From a virus (taxonomy: Duplodnaviria > Heunggongvirae > Uroviricota > Caudoviricetes): 64,000 nucleotides of DNA. The stretch covers positions 9,293-73,292 of the IMG/VR virus record IMGVR_UViG_3300032144_000001. One strand, 5' to 3'. The translations under genes and the position numbers were made by a program. Below are positions 56,814 through 64,000 of the stretch, piece after piece. Each line of letters opens with the position of its first letter. Positions within the stretch are counted from its first letter, which is position 1. The notes below the pieces were generated by a model. That model was not told the origin of the DNA. It did not search any database and saw nothing but the letters and a program-made list of their open reading frames with translations.

Positions 56814-59800
56814 TGGCAGAAAATAATCCACTACTGGACAGAACAGCACTTGAGAATTCAATAGAATATCCAACACTTCCTACTCCTGTAGATCTACCAA
56901 ATATTCCTTTCAAAGGTATTAATACTCCTTTACCTACTGTTGATGGTAATCCAACACCATCAGCAGTTAGTGCTATTGAAAATAATCTTCTTTCTATTAA
57001 ACCTCAAGGAGGACCACTTACAGGCGGTTCAATTCCAAGAACACTATCTGAAGTAATGTCAGAGAGATACGATACTTTCGTACCTGGAGATTATGATAAT
57101 GAAGATGCCTACGCTCAAGGTCAAGGTTTAGGTTCTAAAATGGTAAATGGTGTTGGAAAAGGATTAGTTTTGACAGGAACTACCTTTCTTCAATCTACTG
57201 CTGGATTAGTTAATGGAGTAGCTAGAATGATTGGTGATGGTAGAGCAGCATCATTTTACGATAATGAGTTTAATAGAGCACTTGATGATCTAAATAAGAA
57301 ATTAGAAAATTCTCTACCTAACTATTATACAAATGTTGAAAAGAATGCCAAATGGTATTCTCCAGATAAGTTAGTAACAGCTAATTTCTTTTGGGACGGT
57401 ATTGTTAAAAATCTTGGTTTTGCAGCAGGTGCTGCTTTAGCAGGAGGAACTTATGCGTATGGATTAAGAGCACTACCATTAACGGCAAGATTATTTTCTG
57501 TAGGTAGGGCTGCCGAAACATTAGCTGCTACTGAAGAAGCTCTTATGGCTGCAAACAAAGTAGCTGAAGGATATGGTAAAATTAGATCATTATCTGACAA
57601 ATTTCTAGGTTCATATAATGTATTAACTTCTGGTGGAAGAGCAGTGGTTGCTGGATTAGCTACTACAGGTGAGGCTGGATTTGAAGCTTATCATAACTTA
57701 AATGAATTTAGAAATCAAAAAATAGAAGAATATAAAGCTACTCATAATGGAGTTGAACCTATTGGAGGAGATTTAGATAGAATTAATGAACAAGCTGATG
57801 CAGTAGGAAATGCTTCTTTCTTACTTAATACTGCTTTATTATCAGCCACTAACTATATCCAATTTCCTAAAATACTAGGATCTTCTTATAATGCTGAAAA
57901 AGGTGTTCTTAATAATGAAATATCAGATATTGTACAAGATGCAACAGGAAGTTTTGTTAAACAAGAAGCTAAAACTAAAGCAGGTAGAATCTTATCTACT
58001 CTTAACAGAATAAGACCTTATACTTTTTCTACATCAGAAGCATTTGAAGAAGGTGCTCAATATGCTATTTCAGTTGGTACTAAAGATTACTACGATAAAA
58101 AATATGATGGTAACACAGCAGATTTTATTGATAGTATAACAGCAGGAATTGCTGGTACATTAGGTACGGATGAGGGAATGGAGAATGTCCTTATTGGTGG
58201 TTTATCTGGTACTATAATGCAAGCAAGAGGCAGATTTAGAGAATCTGCCGAAATCAGTAGAAATACAGCAGATGCTCTGCAAAGATTTAATAACTGGAGA
58301 TTATCTGACTTCACTAAAGCTACAGTAGATTCTGTTAATAGAGGAACTGTACTTCAACAAGAAAGAGAAAATGCTCTTAGACAAGGGGATATTTTGACCT
58401 CTAAGGATTTAGAAGCAGATTATATTATTAACTATCTTACTCCTAGAATAAAATATGGTAGATTTGATCTTGTACAGACAGATATAGATGACTATAAGAA
58501 ATTAGCTTCTACAGAAGAAGGTTTTGCACAACTTCAGTCTGAAGGTAAAGCACTTGCTACTGATAGTAGATCTCAGTATTTACAGAGACTTTCTAATCTT
58601 GAAACTACTGCAAGTAACGTAAAATCTTTATATCAATCACTACAATTAAGATATGGAGGATTAAGAACTAAAGATGGTCAACCATTATACTCTCCTGAGG
58701 TAATGGATAAAATGATTTATGCTGCTTCTAAAGTGGCTGATTATGATACTAGATTACCTCAATTATCTATTTCTTTACTTGAAAAAGGTATTTTAGTGGG
58801 TGATTTGGCTACTGATATAGTGTCAAGTAAGGAAGACAAATATCTTGAAGCAGTAAAACAAATTCAGGCATTAGATGTAAATTCTGATATTAAGGATGGT
58901 CTTCTACAGGATTTAGAAGATTATTCTGAGATTCTTCTAAGAAGAAAGAAATTTCTTGATGAATATGATCAAATTAAAAGAAATCCTCAAGATCATAAAG
59001 AAGCTCCTATTGGTCAAGTTCCTAAAAAGGAAACTTTAACTGTTAAAACAAAAACAGGAGATAAAGAAGTTGAAACAGGAACTGAATATTTTGTAGGTAG
59101 AGTTGTTGAATATGATAAAACTGGTAAAGAAGTATACAGATCTCCAAGAATTACTATATTAGGTGAGAATGAAGATGGTACTATCCAAATTAAAGATAGT
59201 CAAGGAAATATTAAAAATATATCTAAATCTATATTAGAAGATTATAAATTAGCCAAAGTTTCAGATACTCTATCCAATAAAAAGGCTAAATTCTTCATGG
59301 ATCATTGGAATACTATCTATGAATTTAACTTTGGTAAAGGTAAAAAACAAAGAGGTAGATTAGAATATTCTGCTGAAGAAGGAGTATTAAATTTTGTTTA
59401 TAAAGATAAATCTGGTAAAACCAGAAGAATTGAAGTAACTGGAGATCAATTTGTTCCTAAAGAAGGTTATAGCACCCCACAAATTAAAGCAGTTGGTGAA
59501 CTTACAGTAGCTCAACAAAAATCTCTAGATGATTTTACTAAGGAACAAGATACTAGGATATCTGATAAAAAGTCAGCTAGATTATCTATTCTTAATGATT
59601 TATTTAATGAAATAACAGATAAACATAATAAAACTGTTAAGTTAATAACTCAGAAACAAGCTGAGGTAGCTAATATACAGGAAGAACTTAAGGATTTAGA
59701 AGAAAGTATCCAATCTGCTGAGTCTGACAAAAGATCTAAAAGTGCATTTAGATTTAGATCTAATGCTAAAAAAGCATTGGAAGCATCTATTCGTCTATCC

Positions 59801-62800
59801 AGAACTAAAGATCAATTAGAACAAGAAATTGTAGCTCTTGAAACCGAGAAAGAAGAATTGGAGTTTAGTGCAGATTATATATCTGATTTGAGCCAGAATA
59901 TAGATGAACTTCCTACAGACTCTAAAGAGTTCTTAGAAGATTTCAAAGAACAACAGTCTATTCTAGAAAATCTAGTCATTGAGAACGGTAAACAAATCAA
60001 CAGTTTATCCAAACTAATTGATTCTGTACAAGGAGCTTTAGATTCTGCTGTTTCTTATCTTAAGGATTTATTAAACCAATTTGAGACTAAGTATCCTAAA
60101 ACACCATTAGCTATAGGTGAAGATCTTGTTGAATTTCTACAACAAAATCCTAATTTCCTAAAGTTAAAACCTAATTATTTAGAAGATCTTAGAAGTCTTG
60201 AAGATTTAGTAGCCCAAGTAGAGGATCTTGATATTACTCCTAGTGAAAGACACATTAGTGAACTTCAGTCTGAACTTTCTAAAGTTCAATTTACATTAAA
60301 AGAAGTTGAAAAAGAAATTAAAGCTAAAGATTTAATTCTATCCAGATTTGAAGAAGTAGCTAAGAAATACGTAGATGAAAAAGCAGAGCAAAAGAAACTT
60401 AATGAAAATAAGAATCTAAAGCAGCAATTTCTAGGTACTGCTGATACTGGTCCACAAACTGTATCTACAGATAAAGACTATGAACCAGATGCTAAGAAGA
60501 CTGATTTAGCTATTGTTACATCTACTAAACCTGCAACTTCTTCTGATTTACCTCACCATGTAAGGGCTAACCAATTTGGTGCTAATCTTGACAAACTCCC
60601 TAATAGAACTAATATTAAGGGTGTTATTGTTACGTCTAAAAATGAAAGTCAAATTGGAGTAGAAGACGGTAATAGATTAACTGGACTAATGAATTTCTTA
60701 AAGGGAGATTCTGATGTAGATGCTACTAAAATAGTAGCTCTCGTTATGGTTAATGAGAAAGGTATACCTGTAGGAGTAGATGGTAAAGAGCTTGAAAATC
60801 CTACATTTGATAATATAATTGTACAAGTATTTCCAGATCCTAAACTTGAGTGGAGTAAAGAATTTGGTGGAAAATCTATGTTCAGAAAGGAAACAACTGC
60901 TGAACAAATAGAATTCTATAAGAAAGAATATTCTAATTGGGTAAATGAACAATTAACTTCTCCTACTAATACTCTTTATGATATACAGGCTTCCTTTGGT
61001 ATACCTCAATATGTTACTATTTTAGATGATAAAGGTAACAATAAAAGAGATTATACTGCTGTAGTTTCAGTAGAAGAAGCTGGACTTATTAAGAAATCCG
61101 ATCTTAAAGAAAAACAAGATCTTATTAAAGTAGCAACTGTTGAAGAAACAGTAGATAAAGGAACTACTAAATTTAGTGTAGCTCCAGGTAGACCACTATT
61201 AAATCTACCTAATGGTATAGTTCAACTTAATAATAGAAAATTAACACCTAATGAAGCTTCTACTATCTATGAAGCTATTCATCAGTTAGCTATTGAAGCA
61301 GATCCTAAATCTGAAAAATCACTTAGATTGATCAGATGGTTAAAATCTATTATATACTGGGGTACTCCTAAGAACGCTACTGGTTATAATAGTGTATTCT
61401 TTGAACAAGTAGGTGATGATTTTGTTCTTAATATATCTGGAAAAGGTAAAACTTATCCATTTACTCCTTCTAGAATTTCAAACAATAAAGCTGAAATTAT
61501 ATCTCTTTTGGAGCAGATGTATAATAATATACAATCTGGACCTTTAAATAAAGCTGAACTATGGAATGAACCTTACGAAGAAATTGTAAATATTGATGAA
61601 AAAGGAAATATCCAAACTAAAGAATGGGATAATTACAGAACTTATCTCTTATCTAGAGATGGGAGGAGGAATGAAGAATTACCTCTTTCTACTCAATTAA
61701 AACCTCTTGAAAAAGAAGGTGATGTTAATAGATTAGGTATCTATTTTACTATAACAGGTAATTCAGAAAGATATTCTAAAGTTCCTGTTCCTCAGGTAAT
61801 AAAACCTGTAAAAGTAGAACCTGCTGTACAGGATAAATTTGTATTGGATGGTAAAAAGGTTAATATCTTCAAATCACCTACTGGAAAACAAGTAAGATTT
61901 GCAGCATCTGGCGCAGATGATATTAAAATCCTCACTGGCCTAGATGGAGATACTGTTTTACAAGAACTTACTGAAAAATATGGTAAGGATAGAGCAGTAG
62001 CTATTATGAAAAACACCATTAAACAGGCTATTCTTCCTCAACTTGAGGATGAAGAAAGCTTTACTATTGGTGATGATGAACCTGCTCCAAAGGTAGAAAA
62101 GCCTAAAAAAGACATATTCTCAAAAGTTAAGGAAGCTAAAATTGAAGTCTCTTTAGAAGATGAAGATGAAATGTCTCTTCAAATAGAAGACATTGATGAT
62201 GAAGAATCATTAGCTTTAAGAGTTAAACTTGAAAAAGAAATCAAATCTTTTGAAAAGGAAAATTGGCCTAAAGCTGAAAAATGGTTACAATCTAATTTCC
62301 CTACACTTCCTGTATATAGAGTAAAAAATGTTATTAAAGCTACCAATGGTTTACAAGCTTGGGGTATGCTTAAAGATAGTGCTATCTATGTAACTGAAAA
62401 TGCTGAAGTTGGTACTATCTATCACGAAGTATTTGAAGGTATTTGGAAGATATTTACTACTCCTCAAGAGCGCTCTAAAGTAGAACAGGAGTTTAAAGAT
62501 AGAAAAGGTTCTTTTGTAGATAGACCTACAGGACAGACTATTCAGTATTCTGAAGCTACTTCTCAACAAATTAAAGAACAATTAGCTGAGGAATTTAGAG
62601 ATTATGTCTTGAATCCTCCTAAAAAGAAATCATTTTTATCTCAGATTTTCTCGGATTTAGTAACCTTTATTAAGGCTTTCTTTACTGGAAATAAGGCAAT
62701 TTCTAATACTAATGAGTTATTTAAGAAGATAGGAAGTGGATATTATAAACAGTATACTCCAACTTCTCAGTTATCATTTGCTAAAAAAGGTATTATTGAT

Positions 62801-64000
62801 ATAGAAGAAGCGTTTGGTAATAATGCTTCTGAATTCAGAATTAAGGATATTAAACATGATGTTGTAAATGATATTATGCAACACATGACTTATCTAACTC
62901 TGACTGACCTTATTTATGGTGAATCCAGAACTGGTAAAGAATTATATGATTATCTTCAGGACAAAGTAACTAAGTCTGTCCTTATTAGTAGAAAAGCAGC
63001 AGAAGATGCTGTTAAAGCTGGTACAATTACACAAACTGAAGCTCAAGATACTATTAATAATTCAATATCTTTATGGAAAACTATTAAGAATGAATGGAAA
63101 GATATTGAAGAAAAACACAGAGAATATCTTAAATCTTACCAAGTAGAATTTGATGAGAACGATGAGGTTATTCTAAAAGATGAAGATAAGTCTAATAAAG
63201 CATTCGAACAAGATGCTACTAAAATAGATGTATTTAAGAAAGCTGATAAGAAATTAAGATTATTATTAGCCACAGTTCCAATAATTACTCAAGACGGTAA
63301 ACTAGACCCATCCTCTATAAATGGAGCTAAATTATTACCTGCTTCTCAGGTGTTTATGACAATTATGAATAGAACTCATACTTCTCGTAACCTGAAAGAA
63401 ATGATTGATAGAATTAAAACTCTATCGGAAGAAAACTATAATTATAAGACTCTATACAATAGACTTACAAAGAATACAACAGATTTATCTCAATTTTCTA
63501 TAGTTTCAGATACTCAATTACTTACTGCTCTGTGGAGAACTTTCAAAAAGCAGTCTCCTGAAGTAAAGAACGTATATATCTTTGAAAATGGAGATGTAGA
63601 AGTTGGTGATTCTAACTTATCTTCAGCAGCTAGACAAATAGCTTCTGATTTTTCAAACGCTATTATAAAGACTGTAAAAGGTAAAAATCCTTATTTTGAA
63701 TACTCTTCAAAGGATAAAGTGTTTGTTGGTAAACCTAATAGTGTAAGATCTGTTAAAATAACATCTCCTTCTGAGAGAATAAATTTCTTGAAATCTTTAG
63801 GTATTGAATTTAAAGTTAATGAAGTTAATAAATTGTCTTCTGATAAGAAAAACATATTCAATGAAGCTGTAGCGGGTATAAAGAGAAGTATTGAAAAAGC
63901 TGAGAAAATAGCTACTGTAAATAGAAAAATACTTGATATCAGGGGTAGAATTCATCAATTATCCCTAATACAAGCGTCTATTGAAAATCCTGAGTTTGAT
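56813..64000 (+). CDS. giant ORF (more than 2390 aa), 3'-truncated by window edge; start overlaps upstream stop (TAATG)
   Basis: No plus-strand stop from 56813 to the window end (spot-checked in frame at 56813 and 59942); coiled-coil-rich; candidate giant virion/cargo protein. Confidence 0.55.
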   Translation, partial: MAENNPLLDRTALENSIEYPTLPTPVDLPNIPFKGINTPLPTVDGNPTPSAVSAIENNLLSIKPQGGPLTGGSIPRTLSEVMSERYDTFVPGDYDNEDAYAQGQGLGSKMVNGVGKGLVLTGTTFLQSTAGLVNGVARMIGDGRAASFYDNEFNRALDDLNKKLENSLPNYYTNVEKNAKWYSPDKLVTANFFWDGIVKNLGFAAGAALAGGTYAYGLRALPLTARLFSVGRAAETLAATEEALMAANKVAEGYGKIRSLSDKFLGSYNVLTSGGRAVVAGLATTGEAGFEAYHNLNEFRNQKIEEYKATHNGVEPIGGDLDRINEQADAVGNASFLLNTALLSATNYIQFPKILGSSYNAEKGVLNNEISDIVQDATGSFVKQEAKTKAGRILSTLNRIRPYTFSTSEAFEEGAQYAISVGTKDYYDKKYDGNTADFIDSITAGIAGTLGTDEGMENVLIGGLSGTIMQARGRFRESAEISRNTADALQRFNNWRLSDFTKATVDSVNRGTVLQQERENALRQGDILTSKDLEADYIINYLTPRIKYGRFDLVQTDIDDYKKLASTEEGFAQLQSEGKALATDSRSQYLQRLSNLETTASNVKSLYQSLQLRYGGLRTKDGQPLYSPEVMDKMIYAASKVADYDTRLPQLSISLLEKGILVGDLATDIVSSKEDKYLEAVKQIQALDVNSDIKDGLLQDLEDYSEILLRRKKFLDEYDQIKRNPQDHKEAPIGQVPKKETLTVKTKTGDKEVETGTEYFVGRVVEYDKTGKEVYRSPRITILGENEDGTIQIKDSQGNIKNISKSILEDYKLAKVSDTLSNKKAKFFMDHWNTIYEFNFGKGKKQRGRLEYSAEEGVLNFVYKDKSGKTRRIEVTGDQFVPKEGYSTPQIKAVGELTVAQQKSLDDFTKEQDTRISDKKSARLSILNDLFNEITDKHNKTVKLITQKQAEVANIQEELKDLEESIQSAESDKRSKSAFRFRSNAKKALEASIRLSRTKDQLEQEIVALETEKEELEFSADYISDLSQNIDELPTDSKEFLEDFKEQQSILENLVIENGKQINSLSKLIDSVQGALDSAVSYLKDLLNQFETKYPKTPLAIGEDLVEFLQQNPNFLKLKPNYLEDLRSLEDLVAQVEDLDITPSERHISELQSELSKVQFTLKEVEKEIKAKDLILSRFEEVAKKYVDEKAEQKKLNENKNLKQQFLGTADTGPQTVSTDKDYEPDAKKTDLAIVTSTKPATSSDLPHHVRANQFGANLDKLPNRTNIKGVIVTSKNESQIGVEDGNRLTGLMNFLKGDSDVDATKIVALVMVNEKGIPVGVDGKELENPTFDNIIVQVFPDPKLEWSKEFGGKSMFRKETTAEQIEFYKKEYSNWVNEQLTSPTNTLYDIQASFGIPQYVTILDDKGNNKRDYTAVVSVEEAGLIKKSDLKEKQDLIKVATVEETVDKGTTKFSVAPGRPLLNLPNGIVQLNNRKLTPNEASTIYEAIHQLAIEADPKSEKSLRLIRWLKSIIYWGTPKNATGYNSVFFEQVGDDFVLNISGKGKTYPFTPSRISNNKAEIISLLEQMYNNIQSGPLNKAELWNEPYEEIVNIDEKGNIQTKEWDNYRTYLLSRDGRRNEELPLSTQLKPLEKEGDVNRLGIYFTITGNSERYSKVPVPQVIKPVKVEPAVQDKFVLDGKKVNIFKSPTGKQVRFAASGADDIKILTGLDGDTVLQELTEKYGKDRAVAIMKNTIKQAILPQLEDEESFTIGDDEPAPKVEKPKKDIFSKVKEAKIEVSLEDEDEMSLQIEDIDDEESLALRVKLEKEIKSFEKENWPKAEKWLQSNFPTLPVYRVKNVIKATNGLQAWGMLKDSAIYVTENAEVGTIYHEVFEGIWKIFTTPQERSKVEQEFKDRKGSFVDRPTGQTIQYSEATSQQIKEQLAEEFRDYVLNPPKKKSFLSQIFSDLVTFIKAFFTGNKAISNTNELFKKIGSGYYKQYTPTSQLSFAKKGIIDIEEAFGNNASEFRIKDIKHDVVNDIMQHMTYLTLTDLIYGESRTGKELYDYLQDKVTKSVLISRKAAEDAVKAGTITQTEAQDTINNSISLWKTIKNEWKDIEEKHREYLKSYQVEFDENDEVILKDEDKSNKAFEQDATKIDVFKKADKKLRLLLATVPIITQDGKLDPSSINGAKLLPASQVFMTIMNRTHTSRNLKEMIDRIKTLSEENYNYKTLYNRLTKNTTDLSQFSIVSDTQLLTALWRTFKKQSPEVKNVYIFENGDVEVGDSNLSSAARQIASDFSNAIIKTVKGKNPYFEYSSKDKVFVGKPNSVRSVKITSPSERINFLKSLGIEFKVNEVNKLSSDKKNIFNEAVAGIKRSIEKAEKIATVNRKILDIRGRIHQLSLIQASIENPEFD

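Noticed and set aside
1-64000. Diversity-generating retroelement, integrase, toxin-antitoxin or known defence-system genes
   Set aside because: No reverse-transcriptase YxDD motif, tyrosine/serine recombinase motif or recognisable defence domain was found in any translation. Absence is by eye only.
56813-64000. DxDGD RNA-polymerase catalytic motif in the giant ORF
   Set aside because: Only TGLDGDT (about 61930) was found, which lacks the first Asp. The motif may lie beyond the window, so the RNAP idea is kept only as a hypothesis.

Overview
This window reads as a contiguous piece of an AT-rich (about 30% GC by eye) tailed dsDNA phage genome with no bacterial chromosomal genes. It has two divergent transcription blocks. 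Positions 1-21900 are almost entirely minus-strand. That block holds a compact family B DNA polymerase, HNH and GIY-YIG homing endonucleases, a GH108 lysozyme, a membrane-anchored SPFH/band-7 protein that is translationally coupled to micro-membrane peptides, a three-member paralogous family of small Cys/His proteins, and dozens of small unknown ORFs. A divergent intergenic region is followed by 16 plus-strand tRNA genes in two arrays (22095-22749 and 23532-24225), split by an HNH endonuclease cassette and closed by a strong terminator. From 24499 to the window end everything is plus-strand. That block encodes an HU/IHF-like protein, a GIY-YIG-like endonuclease, terminase large subunit, a portal-sized protein, a second small SPFH protein, an acidic scaffold-like protein, a likely major capsid protein, an isolated tRNA-Met, a tail/structural module with another HNH and a metallophosphoesterase, and a run of giant ORFs of 1610 aa, 1143 aa, 845 aa and more than 2390 aa truncated by the window edge. 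The layout (divergent replication and structural blocks, PolB, many tRNAs, IHF/HU-like gene, giant distal virion proteins) resembles crAss-like or other Bacteroidota phages, but that is inference only. No integrase, CRISPR array, reverse transcriptase or recognisable defence system was seen. The most unusual signals are GC-rich islands and G-tract elements in an AT-rich background, degenerate or atypical tRNAs, the SPFH-microprotein operon, the paralogous small-protein family, and a homing-endonuclease insertion that carries a duplicated gene fragment.
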